A stretch of 59,483 bases of DNA from Eubacteriales bacterium (lineage in GTDB: Bacteria > Bacillota > Clostridia > Oscillospirales > CAG-382), in assembly GCA_045636665.1 (NCBI GenBank), contig JAZTXY010000077.1, positions 1-59,483 of the forward strand, written 5' to 3'. A program made the translations under genes and the position numbers. This document shows, one piece after another, positions 37,577 to 46,521 of the stretch (position 1 is the stretch's first letter; each line of letters begins with the position of its first letter). The notes under the pieces are model-generated. The model worked only from the letters and a program-made list of their open reading frames with translations. It ran no database searches and was not told where the DNA came from.

Positions 37577-38296
37577 TTATCCTTGCCAACCTCCGTTGAC
37601 GTCGAAGACCGAGCCCGTGATATATTTTGCCTTGTCGGATGCCAAAAATGCAACGCATTCGGCAACCTCGTCGGAATTGCCAAGACGTCCGAGCGGAATT
37701 TCGTCGCAAAGAGAATCGATATCCTCAAAGGTGAGGTCCTCGTTCATATCGGTGTCGATAATGCCGGGGCAGACACAGTTAACGCGGATGCCTGCAGGTC
37801 CTACCTCCTTCGCAAGTGCCTTCGTAAAGCCGATGATACCCGATTTTGCCGTCGAATAATCGACCTCACAGCTTCCGCCAACCTCACCGAAAATCGATGA
37901 AATATTGATTATCACACCGCTTTTGCGGCTTATCATATTCGGCAAGATCTTACGCGAAAGATTTATCGGCGCAAAAAGGTTGATTTCGTACATTTTTCTT
38001 GCCGCTTCTTCGCTTATCGCATCGAACGGAAAGACCAAAGCAACGCCTGCGTTATTCACCAAAACGTCGACGTCCTTGCATTTTTCGGCAAGCTTTTCGA
38101 CCGATTCGGGGTCGGACAAATCGGCAGAAACGTATTCCGCGTCGCCAAGCTCGGCGCACAGCGATTTTGCCGCTTCGGCACTTTGATTGCAATGGATATA
38201 CAGATAAAATCCGTCACGCGAGAGCGCACGGCAGATCGATTCGCCGATTCCTCTTGCACCACCCGTAACAAGTGCGGTTTTTTTATTATTTTTCAT
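37577..38296 (-). CDS. FabG-like short-chain dehydrogenase, YmfI (EF-P 5-aminopentanone reductase)-like
   Basis: TGGARGIG, NNAG, SSIFGEVGGSCEVDYSTAK (YxxxK) and VNGGW. Confidence 0.85.
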   Translation of the reverse strand: MKNNKKTALVTGGARGIGESICRALSRDGFYLYIHCNQSAEAAKSLCAELGDAEYVSADLSDPESVEKLAEKCKDVDVLVNNAGVALVFPFDAISEEAARKMYEINLFAPINLSRKILPNMISRKSGVIINISSIFGEVGGSCEVDYSTAKSGIIGFTKALAKEVGPAGIRVNCVCPGIIDTDMNEDLTFEDIDSLCDEIPLGRLGNSDEVAECVAFLASDKAKYITGSVFDVNGGWQG

Positions 38297-39176
38297 TGTT
38301 TTTCTCAACGATCTTAAGCAGATGCTTTAAATCACTTTTCGAATATTTGTAAACCTCATCGCAGAAGCTGCAGGTCATTTCGGTAACCTCATCGCCGTTT
38401 TCGATCATATCGGTCAGTTCTCTTGCGCCGAGCGAAATAAGCGCATTATCGGTCTTTTCGCGACTGCAGACGCATTTATATTCGCATTCGATCTCGTCGA
38501 AAAGGTCATATTCAATGCCGTCGAGCACCTCGGCAAGCACGTCTTCAAGAGTGCCCTCCGAAAGAATTTTTGTAATAGGACGCATTTTTGCCGCGTTTTG
38601 CTCTAATTTTTCGGCAACCTCATCGTCATAAAAAGGAAGCAGCTGAATAAGCGCGCCGCCTGCGCGGAGAACCGTATAATCTCTGTCGACAAGCACACCG
38701 AGGGCGCAAACCGTGGGGATTTGCTCACTCGTTGCATAGTAATAGGCAATATCGTCGCCGACTTCGCCCGTTTGTATTTTTGAAATGCCGACGTAGGGCT
38801 CGCTTCCGCCCGCATCGCGCAAAATGTAAAGCTCGCCTTGACCGATGCATCCGCCTACGTCCAATTTACCGTCGGCGCGGAGAGGAAGGTCGGCAGACGG
38901 ATTTTGGATAAATCCGCGCACGTTACCGCACCAGTCGCTTGTTGCAACAACGCTTCCGCCAACACCGTCGCCCTTAAAGCGAATGGTTATAACGTCTTCC
39001 TTTTCGCCAAGCATCGAGCCTGCAAGCGAAGTCGCAAGCAGAGTTCTGCCCAATGCGGCGGTCGCAACGGGAGTTGTGTTGTGTATCTGACGCGCGCGCT
39101 CAACAATATCGCGTCCGTCCAATATAATGGCTCTTGCCGAGCCGTCCTTTGTCATTGCTCTTATAATTCTTGCCAT
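38286..39176 (-). CDS. hslO: Hsp33 redox-regulated chaperone
   Basis: ALGRTL, GKLDVG, SEQIP and the C-terminal CxC...CxxC (CVC, CSFC). Confidence 0.95.
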   Translation of the reverse strand: MARIIRAMTKDGSARAIILDGRDIVERARQIHNTTPVATAALGRTLLATSLAGSMLGEKEDVITIRFKGDGVGGSVVATSDWCGNVRGFIQNPSADLPLRADGKLDVGGCIGQGELYILRDAGGSEPYVGISKIQTGEVGDDIAYYYATSEQIPTVCALGVLVDRDYTVLRAGGALIQLLPFYDDEVAEKLEQNAAKMRPITKILSEGTLEDVLAEVLDGIEYDLFDEIECEYKCVCSREKTDNALISLGARELTDMIENGDEVTEMTCSFCDEVYKYSKSDLKHLLKIVEKNNEK

Positions 39177-39200
39177 ATTCCGTAACTTCTTCTTTTTGTT

Positions 39201-40400
39201 TTATTTGGCAACGGCTTTCTTTTTGCCGTCGGAAAGTAAAAGCTCAAATTCCGTTCCCTCGGGTAATTCGTCAACGCTTCTTATCGCCTTGCCGTCTTCA
39301 CCGAAGGCAACCGAAAATCCGCGTCCCAACACCGACAAGGGATTCAAGCTGTTTAATTTTTCGTTCTGCGCGAACAGCTTCATTCGTTCACGCTCGATGC
39401 GTGTGCCGACAAGCTGATACAATCTCTCCTCGTTCCTTGCAACCGTCATCCGTCTGTCGTCAAAATAGCTTTGCGGACTTTGAAGCACGGGACGTTGCGA
39501 CAAAGTAAGCAGGCGCTGACGCAAATAATCGGTTCTTGCGGAAAGCGTGTTGGTAAGACGGCTTTGTACGTTTTCAAACTGCTTTTTCAAATCGCGCACG
39601 TCGGGAACGGCAAGCTCTGCCGCCGCGCTCGGTGTGGGCGCACGAAGGTCTGCGACAAAATCGCAGATGGTAAAATCGGTTTCGTGTCCGACCGCCGAAA
39701 TTATCGGCGTTTTGCATTCATAAACGGCATGCGCAAGGTTTTCATCGTTAAAGCACCAAAGGTCTTCGGTGCTTCCGCCGCCGCGGCCGATGATAATAAC
39801 GTCGCAAAGCCCCGAAGCATCAAGATTCTTTAATGCATTTATAAGCTGTGCGGGCGCGGAGGGTCCTTGCACCAACGACGGATAAAGATAAAGCTTAACC
39901 GCAGGAAAACGGCGGCGCGATACGTTTATCATATCCTGCACTGCCGCACCGCCCGGCGCGGTGATTATTCCGACCGAAAAGGGTATTTTCGGTATCCTTT
40001 TCTTATGCTCGGGCGCAAAAAGTCCCTCTTTTTGCAGCTTTGCCTTTAACTGCTCGAAGGCGATATAAAGCGAGCCGATTCCATCGGGCTCCATCTCCTC
40101 GGCATAAATGCGATACTGTCCGTCGCGTACAAAAACCGCCACTCTGCCGGTGCAAACGACCTTCATACCGTTTTCGGGCTTGAACTTCAATTTCGAAGCA
40201 CCGCCGAACATCGTTGCGGGGATTGCGGAATTTTCATCCTTAAGGGTGAAATAAATATGTCCGCTACCGCCGTAAACACGCACGTTTGAAAGCTCGCCCT
40301 TAACAACGACCTTGTTAAGCAAAGGCGAAGTGGAAAGGTAATCTCTTATATAAGTATTTAACTGCTCAACAGTCAGGGTTTTGACGGTTTGACCGTTCAT
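39201..40400 (-). CDS. xseA: Exodeoxyribonuclease VII large subunit
   Basis: GELSN, GHIYFTLKD, RGGGS, SAVGHETD, APTPSAAAE and LGRGF. Confidence 0.96.
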   Translation of the reverse strand: MNGQTVKTLTVEQLNTYIRDYLSTSPLLNKVVVKGELSNVRVYGGSGHIYFTLKDENSAIPATMFGGASKLKFKPENGMKVVCTGRVAVFVRDGQYRIYAEEMEPDGIGSLYIAFEQLKAKLQKEGLFAPEHKKRIPKIPFSVGIITAPGGAAVQDMINVSRRRFPAVKLYLYPSLVQGPSAPAQLINALKNLDASGLCDVIIIGRGGGSTEDLWCFNDENLAHAVYECKTPIISAVGHETDFTICDFVADLRAPTPSAAAELAVPDVRDLKKQFENVQSRLTNTLSARTDYLRQRLLTLSQRPVLQSPQSYFDDRRMTVARNEERLYQLVGTRIERERMKLFAQNEKLNSLNPLSVLGRGFSVAFGEDGKAIRSVDELPEGTEFELLLSDGKKKAVAK

Positions 40401-40885
40401 TCGGCATCTTCTCCCGAAGCGGACATAATAACCGCTTCGCTGTCTTCCTCGGCTTCTGCCTCAAGCGGTTTTTTCTTCGCCAACGGCTTTTCAACGCCCT
40501 TTGCGTATTTACCGAGCACGCCATGGATAAATCCTACCGATTCCTCCTCGCCGAAATGACGCGCCAATTCAAGCGCTTCGTTAACGGTGATTTCAATCGG
40601 AATTTCGGGGAAATAATCTATTTCACACGCCGCGATGCGAAGAACGGTAAGCGAAACTCGGTCGATTCTGTCGATGCGCCAATTATCGGTGCAACGCTCG
40701 ATCTTTTCATTAATATCGCCCAAATTTTCATCCGCGCGGATAAAAAGCTGACGGGCAAATTCGCTTATCTTAATATCGCGTTCGTCAACTGCCGATTCCA
40801 TAATTTCTTCTGCGGTGCGATCGTAATCAAAGCTGCGTTCAAAAAGCAGAGTTATTGCGACCTCGCGCGATTCACGTCTTGTCAT
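40397..40885 (-). CDS. nusB: Transcription antitermination factor NusB
   Basis: MTRRESRE, NWRIDRI, VNEALELA and FIHGVLG; start placed after the GAGGT RBS. Confidence 0.93.
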   Translation of the reverse strand: MTRRESREVAITLLFERSFDYDRTAEEIMESAVDERDIKISEFARQLFIRADENLGDINEKIERCTDNWRIDRIDRVSLTVLRIAACEIDYFPEIPIEITVNEALELARHFGEEESVGFIHGVLGKYAKGVEKPLAKKKPLEAEAEEDSEAVIMSASGEDAE

Positions 40886-40924
40886 ATCCATTACCTCGCA
40901 TATGTGTACATAGTAAATCACGTT

Positions 40925-40953
40925 ATTATATCATCTTTTATCTCGGTTGTCAA
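40925..40953 (-). promoter_or_regulatory. Sigma-A promoter of the nusB-xseA-hslO operon
   Basis: Minus strand TTGACA-N17 with extended -10 TGA-TATAAT. Confidence 0.85.
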
Positions 40954-41057
40954 ATATATACTCGCAAAATAATTGCAAAAAACACTTGAAAAATCAACAT
41001 TTTTTCGATATAATTAATCTGTTAAAATATATTTTTGAAACCGAGAGGTAATTATTT

Positions 41058-42689
41058 ATGTCTAACGGAATTTTCGGCGCAGAAAAGCGCCCTGTTATCA
41101 CAATTGTTATGGACGGCATTGGCATTTGCGCGCGTGAGGAAGGTAACGCCATTAAAGCGGCTGACACCCCCACTCTCGATATGCTTGCCGCAAAATACCC
41201 CTGCTTCTGCCTTAAGGCGCACGGCACCGCAGTAGGTCTTCCCTCGGATGACGATATGGGTAACTCCGAGGTAGGTCACAACGCGCTCGGCGCAGGTCAG
41301 GTTTTCGCTCAAGGCGCAAAGCTTGTTTCCGAAGCTATCGAAACCGGCAGAATGTTCGGCAGCGATTCCTGGAAGCAAATCGTTAACAACGCAAAAAACA
41401 GCACTCTCCACTTCCTTGGCCTTTTCTCGGACGGTAACGTTCACTCTCACATCGACCACTTAAAGGCGATGGTAGTCCGCGCAAAGGAAGAAGGCCTTAA
41501 AAAGGTTCGTATCCACATCCTTCTTGACGGCCGTGACGTTGGCGAAACCAGCGCGCTTGATTACGTTTGCCCGTTCGAAGAATTTTTGTCCGAGCTCCGC
41601 GACGACAATTTCGACGTTTGCATCGCATCCGGCGGCGGCAGAATGGTTATCACCATGGACAGATATGAAGCAAACTGGGCAATGGTTGAAAAGGGCTGGA
41701 GCACTCACGTTTTGGGCGAAGGCAGACTTTTCGCTTCCGCTGAAGAAGCTATCACCACCTTAAGAAACGAAACCGGCGCTATCGACCAAGACCTTGCACC
41801 CTTCGTTATCGCACGCGACGGCAAGCCCGTCGGCACTATCGAAGACGGCGACAGCGTTGTATTCTTCAACTTCCGCGGCGACCGCGCTATTGAAATAAGC
41901 AAAACCTTTGAATCGGGCGCAGACTTTGACAAGTTCGACAGAGTACGCGTTCCCAACGTTGTTTATGCAGGTAAGCTTGAATACGACGGAGATGCTCACA
42001 TCCCCTCCAGATACCTCGTTTCTCCTCCCGAAATCAGCAACACCATGGGCGAATTCCTTGTAAACAAGGGCGTTCGTCAGCTCGCAATTTCCGAAACCCA
42101 AAAATACGGTCACGTTACCTATTTCTGGAACGGTAACAGAAGCGGTAAATTCAGCGAGGAATTGGAAGAATACATTGAAGTTCCCTCCGACGTAGTTCCC
42201 TTCGAGCAACGTCCTTGGATGAAGTGTGCCGAAATCACCGATATTCTTATCGAAAAGATCAAGAGCGGCAACTACGACGCACTTCGCGTTAACTTCCCCA
42301 ACGGCGATATGGTAGGTCACACCGGCTCGTTTATCGCGGCCAAGATTTCGGTCGAAGCGCTTGACGTTTGCCTTGCAAGAATTCTTAAGGCAGTCGACGA
42401 GGTCAAGGGTATTGCTATTATCACCGCTGACCACGGCAATGCCGATGAAATGTACGAAATCGACAAAAAGTCCGGTCTTGCAAAGACCAACAAGGACGGC
42501 AGCAAGAAGGCAAAGACCAGCCACACCTTAAACCCCGTTCCCTGCTATATTTACGATAATTTCTACAGCGACAATTACGAATGCGTTGACGGCGAATACG
42601 GTCTTGCAAACGTTGCCGCAACCGTTGTTACCATGATGGGCTATGAAGCTCCCGATATGTGGGAAAAATCGATGATCAACCTTAAATAA
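41058..42689 (+). CDS. gpmI: 2,3-bisphosphoglycerate-independent phosphoglycerate mutase
   Basis: MGNSEVGH, SDGNVHSH, LDGRDV, NFRGDR, NGDMVGHTG and TADHGN. Confidence 0.96.
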   Translation: MSNGIFGAEKRPVITIVMDGIGICAREEGNAIKAADTPTLDMLAAKYPCFCLKAHGTAVGLPSDDDMGNSEVGHNALGAGQVFAQGAKLVSEAIETGRMFGSDSWKQIVNNAKNSTLHFLGLFSDGNVHSHIDHLKAMVVRAKEEGLKKVRIHILLDGRDVGETSALDYVCPFEEFLSELRDDNFDVCIASGGGRMVITMDRYEANWAMVEKGWSTHVLGEGRLFASAEEAITTLRNETGAIDQDLAPFVIARDGKPVGTIEDGDSVVFFNFRGDRAIEISKTFESGADFDKFDRVRVPNVVYAGKLEYDGDAHIPSRYLVSPPEISNTMGEFLVNKGVRQLAISETQKYGHVTYFWNGNRSGKFSEELEEYIEVPSDVVPFEQRPWMKCAEITDILIEKIKSGNYDALRVNFPNGDMVGHTGSFIAAKISVEALDVCLARILKAVDEVKGIAIITADHGNADEMYEIDKKSGLAKTNKDGSKKAKTSHTLNPVPCYIYDNFYSDNYECVDGEYGLANVAATVVTMMGYEAPDMWEKSMINLK

Positions 42690-42716
42690 AGGTATTTTGA
42701 AAAAGGACTGATTTAA

Positions 42717-43439
42717 ATGTTATTGGAAGTTTTATACGGTGGCGGAACCTTTTCGGAAAAGCTGCTTGAGTTGCTTATAATGGTCGTTGCGCTTCTTCCT
42801 GCGCTGACCTTTCACGAATGGGCGCACGGCTTTGCCGCGTATAAACTCGGAGATCATACAGCGAAAGCCGACGGACGGCTTTCGCTTAACCCTCTCGATC
42901 ACCTTGACCCTCTCGGCACGATAATGATGCTTTTCGTCGGTTTCGGTTGGGCGAAGCCCGTTCCCGTAATGACGCGCAATTTCAAAAAACCGCGCCGTGA
43001 TTTTGCCATCACCTCGCTGGCAGGGCCTATGACGAACTTTATCGTCGGCTTTATCACCACAGTGCTTTATGTGTTGGCTCTTTATATTTGCACCTTCAAC
43101 GGATGGTTGAATAATATGACCGCTTACGCAATTTTGGCGGTTTTATCCTACTCGGCAATATTCAACTTCGGCTTGGGCTTGTTTAACCTTATTCCGCTTC
43201 CCCCTCTTGACGGCTCGAACGTGGTTATGTGCTTGCTTCCCAACCGTTTGGCGGCAAAATATTCAAAGGTGAGATATTATTCCCGTTATATCTTTTTGGG
43301 ACTTATTATTTTGGAAAATATACCGAAATTGGAAGTCATTCCTCAAATTATCTTCTGGCCGCTTTCGATCGGAAGAGATTTGCTGTTTGGCGCTTCGTTT
43401 AGTTTTGCGCAATTTATTTTCGAACCATTTTTCGGATAA
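42717..43439 (+). CDS. Site-2 protease (M50) family protein
   Basis: HEWAH, GWAKPVP, AGP and NLIPLPPLDG. Confidence 0.92.
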   Translation: MLLEVLYGGGTFSEKLLELLIMVVALLPALTFHEWAHGFAAYKLGDHTAKADGRLSLNPLDHLDPLGTIMMLFVGFGWAKPVPVMTRNFKKPRRDFAITSLAGPMTNFIVGFITTVLYVLALYICTFNGWLNNMTAYAILAVLSYSAIFNFGLGLFNLIPLPPLDGSNVVMCLLPNRLAAKYSKVRYYSRYIFLGLIILENIPKLEVIPQIIFWPLSIGRDLLFGASFSFAQFIFEPFFG

Positions 43440-43451
43440 TTACGGTGATTT

Positions 43452-44189
43452 ATGGAAATCCTTAATTTAAAGGTTGAGCAATACGAAGGCCCTCTTGACC
43501 TTTTGCTCGCGCTTATTTCCAAACACAAAATAGATATTTTTGACATCCCTATCGCCGAAATATGCGATCAGTATATCGCTTATCTCGATGCAATGCGTAA
43601 GCTTGATATGGAGGTTACGAGCGAATTTGTCGTTATGGCGGCAGAATTGATGCTTATTAAAAGCAAGATGCTCCTTCCCCGTACCGAGGAAAGCGAAGAC
43701 CCCCGCGCACAGCTTGTCGATGCATTGCTTGAGCATCAGCGCGCAAAGGCGGCGGCGGAATTTTTGCGTTTACAAAGCGCAGGACATTTTGACACCTTCA
43801 CAAAACCCGCAAGCGAGCTTGAAAAGAGCGATTACACGCGCGACCACGCGGTTGAATTGCTTACCGAGGCGTTTGCGCGCATTGCCGACCGCGTTGCCGC
43901 ACGAAAGATAGACGGCGAGCCCGAGCTTTTCAAGCGTATTGAGGAACGCTATTACTCGGTCGAGGAAAAATCACAGGATATTATGAAATATCTTGAACGC
44001 AAAAGGAATTGCACGTTCATCGACCTTTTTATAGGTGTCCACAGCAGAAGCGAAGCGGTCGCGGTGTTTATGGCGTTGCTTGAGCTTGTGCGCGACGGAT
44101 TAATAGACGTCGAGGGCAACGGCGAGGATATCGAAATTTCTATCGCCGAACACAACGAAGAAACGATTTTTGACGGCACCCCCTTATAA
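43452..44189 (+). CDS. scpA: Segregation and condensation protein A
   Basis: YEGPLDLLL, IKSKMLLP and FMALLEL. Confidence 0.95.
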   Translation: MEILNLKVEQYEGPLDLLLALISKHKIDIFDIPIAEICDQYIAYLDAMRKLDMEVTSEFVVMAAELMLIKSKMLLPRTEESEDPRAQLVDALLEHQRAKAAAEFLRLQSAGHFDTFTKPASELEKSDYTRDHAVELLTEAFARIADRVAARKIDGEPELFKRIEERYYSVEEKSQDIMKYLERKRNCTFIDLFIGVHSRSEAVAVFMALLELVRDGLIDVEGNGEDIEISIAEHNEETIFDGTPL

Positions 44190-44201
44190 TCGGAGGCAAC
44201 T

Positions 44202-44783
44202 ATGAATATTAACAACGAAACTCCCGCGGCACTCGAGGCGATACTTTTTGCTTGCGGCGGACCTGTCGCGTATGACCGCCTTTGCGAAATACTTGGTGTC
44301 AGCCCCGAAGGACTGCGCGAAGCGGCGGCTATACTCAAAAACAAATATGCCGACGACCGCGAAAACGGAATTCAGCTTATCTCCGTCGAAAGCGCATATC
44401 AGCTTTGCACAAAGGCATACGTTGCGGAATACGTGAAAAAAGCGCTTGAGCTTCGCAAAGCGCCTCCGCTTTCCAAAGCTTCCTTGGAGGTTTTGGCGAT
44501 TATTGCTTACAACCAGCCCGTAACAAGATCGTTTATCGAAATGGTGCGCGGTGTTGACAGCTCGGCTATCGTTGCCTCGCTTGTCGACAAGGGGCTTGTT
44601 GCCGAGCGCGGCACGCTTGATGCACCCGGAAGACCGACTCTTTTCGGCACGACCGATGCGTTTTTGCGTTGCTTCGGCTTGGAAAGCATCGACGACCTTC
44701 CGAAAACCGAGCTTCAAATGGCAGGCGAGCAGGTTTCGCTCGATTTTACGCCCGAGGAAGCAACCGAACCTAACAACGAATAA
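44202..44783 (+). CDS. scpB: Segregation and condensation protein B
   Basis: LEAILF, LEVLAIIAYNQPVTR and PGRPTLFGTTDAFL. Confidence 0.95.
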   Translation: MNINNETPAALEAILFACGGPVAYDRLCEILGVSPEGLREAAAILKNKYADDRENGIQLISVESAYQLCTKAYVAEYVKKALELRKAPPLSKASLEVLAIIAYNQPVTRSFIEMVRGVDSSAIVASLVDKGLVAERGTLDAPGRPTLFGTTDAFLRCFGLESIDDLPKTELQMAGEQVSLDFTPEEATEPNNE

Positions 44784-44801
44784 TTAACGAGAGGGATTAT
44801 T

Positions 44802-45287
44802 ATGAACAACACGAACGACATTCCGCTTAAACAGATAATCGAAACCGCGCTTTCAAAAATCGGCGAGGTTGTAGACGTTAACACCGTTATCGGCGACCCT
44901 ATAACCATCCAAGGCGACGTAACCATTATCCCCTTTTCCAAGGTTTCGGTCGGCTTTGCTTCGGGCGGCACTGAATTCGGCGGCAAAAACCCGTCTCCTA
45001 ACGGAAAAGCATATTTTGCAGGCGGCAACGGCGCAGGCGTAACGATGGCACCTCTTGGCTTTATTGTTGTTGAACAAGGCAAGGCGCGTGTTGTCGAGCT
45101 TGGCAATATGGCAACCTACAACGCACCGACCGACCCCGTTAACCGTGTGCTTGACGGAATCAACGGCGTAGTAGACAAAGCACCCGATATTCTTGCCAAA
45201 ATTATGGCACTCTTTGGCGGAAGCAACACCGAAAACTTCGATGAAGAGGTTGTTGCCGTTGAAGTTGAAGAAACTGTTGCAGAATAA
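44802..45287 (+). CDS. ytfJ: Sporulation/germination protein YtfJ (GerW) family
   Basis: VDVNTVIGDPI, IIPFSKVSVGFASGG and GGNGAGV. Confidence 0.88.
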   Translation: MNNTNDIPLKQIIETALSKIGEVVDVNTVIGDPITIQGDVTIIPFSKVSVGFASGGTEFGGKNPSPNGKAYFAGGNGAGVTMAPLGFIVVEQGKARVVELGNMATYNAPTDPVNRVLDGINGVVDKAPDILAKIMALFGGSNTENFDEEVVAVEVEETVAE

Positions 45288-45301
45288 CCAATAAAAGCCC
45301 C

Positions 45302-45326
45302 AAAGCCCGTATCTTCGGGCTTTTTT
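45302..45326 (+). terminator. Intrinsic terminator
   Basis: AAAGCCCG-TATCTT-CGGGCTTTTT. Confidence 0.75.
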
Positions 45327-45329
45327 CTA

Positions 45330-45358
45330 TTGACATTCAAGTTAAGGGGTGCTATAAT
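45330..45358 (+). promoter_or_regulatory. Sigma-A promoter of nagB
   Basis: TTGACA-N17 with extended -10 TGC-TATAAT. Confidence 0.88.
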
Positions 45359-45394
45359 CCAAGTTAGAAAAATATTTTCGGAGGAAAATAAATT

Positions 45395-46117
45395 ATGAGA
45401 ATTATCGTTTGCGAAAACGCAGAAGCAGTTGCAAAAGAAGCGGCTAAAATTTTTGCAGCACAGGTTTATATGAAACCCAATTCGGTTCTCGGTCTTGCTA
45501 CCGGTTCCACCCCCGTCGGCATGTACAAGATTCTTGCTGATATGAATCAAAAGGGCGAAATTTCGTTCAAGGATTGCAAATCCTTCAACCTTGACGAATA
45601 TTATCCTCTCGCTCCTACCCACGATCAAAGCTACCGTTACTTTATGAACGTTAACTTCTTTGATCACATCGACATCGACAAGGCAAACACCCGCGTTCCC
45701 GACGGTCTTGCTGAAGATCCTGCAGCTATGGGCGCAGAATACGATGCAGCTATCGACGCAGCTGGCGGTGTTGATATTCAGGTTCTCGGTATCGGTCAGA
45801 ACGGTCACATCGCGTTCAACGAACCCGATGAAAAGCTCGTTGCAGGTACCCACCTCACCTCTCTTACCGAAAGCACCATCAATGCAAACGCTCGTTTCTT
45901 CGAAAAGAAGGAAGACGTTCCTACCCAAGCAGTTACCATGGGTATGGCTTCTATCATGAAGGCAAAGACCATCATCCTTCTCGCTACCGGTAAGGCAAAG
46001 CACCAAGCAGTTGCAGAGCTTCTTGACGACAAGATTACCACCCAAAACCCTGCAACCCTTCTTAAGCTCCATCCCAATACCATTATTCTCGTAGACAAAG
46101 ACGCATACGAAGGTTGA
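45395..46117 (+). CDS. nagB: Glucosamine-6-phosphate deaminase
   Basis: GLATGSTP, FNLDEY and LGIGQNGHIAFNEP. Confidence 0.97.
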   Translation: MRIIVCENAEAVAKEAAKIFAAQVYMKPNSVLGLATGSTPVGMYKILADMNQKGEISFKDCKSFNLDEYYPLAPTHDQSYRYFMNVNFFDHIDIDKANTRVPDGLAEDPAAMGAEYDAAIDAAGGVDIQVLGIGQNGHIAFNEPDEKLVAGTHLTSLTESTINANARFFEKKEDVPTQAVTMGMASIMKAKTIILLATGKAKHQAVAELLDDKITTQNPATLLKLHPNTIILVDKDAYEG

Positions 46118-46177
46118 TCGGGGCGCATTATCGGCGCAGAGCGAACAAAAAAGACTTTTTAATTAGTTATTGTAAGG

Positions 46178-46210
46178 AAGAAACCGCGTTTGTCACGCGG
46201 TTTCTTTTTT
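46178..46210 (+). terminator. Intrinsic terminator of nagB
   Basis: AAGAAACCGCG-TTTGTCA-CGCGGTTTCTT followed by a long T-tract. Confidence 0.8.
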
Positions 46211-46236
46211 GTTTTTTTATTGTATTTTTTTGTTCT

Positions 46237-46385
46237 TTGCACAAAAAATCCCATCGCAGTAGATTACTACAGCTTCGGGATTTATTTGCGCAATCTGCGT
46301 CCAATCCTGCATCCCCTCCGCTTCGATTCATTTGGGGCGTTAAACTCCTCCACCATTTCACGGGGCGCATGTCCCCGATTTTTAT
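46237..46385. repeat. Palindromic intergenic element sharing a 25-nt end with the 37392 element
   Basis: Long imperfect hairpin at 46237-46293; 46361-46385 matches the reverse complement of 37393-37417 at 23/25 positions. Confidence 0.6.
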
Positions 46386-46521
46386 GAAATTTCAATTATA
46401 AAGCCGCGTTTTTACGCGGCTTTGTTTTTTAGCGTTTTTTGTTGCAAAAGCAACGAAGTCTTTCTCGTTTTTTGGGTATAATATAATAACAAAGGGATAC
46501 TAAAGCAAGGAGGCGCTAAAT

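Noticed and set aside
36286-37900. Plus-strand ORFs 36286-36498, 37410-37859 and 37445-37900 with similar peptides (MRMYGHHKT vs MRMHGTHKT)
   Set aside because: The similarity comes from the non-coding repeat. A 7-nt length difference at the apical hairpin breaks frame equivalence, substitutions preserve base pairing rather than codons, and two of the ORFs are antisense to the SDR gene.
46300-46355. Possible tRNA or tmRNA 3' end (TTCGA...CTCCACCA)
   Set aside because: The spacing between TTCGA (46322) and CCA is too long, and no T-stem or acceptor stem can be formed. At most it is a remnant, and it is covered under the structured-region finding.
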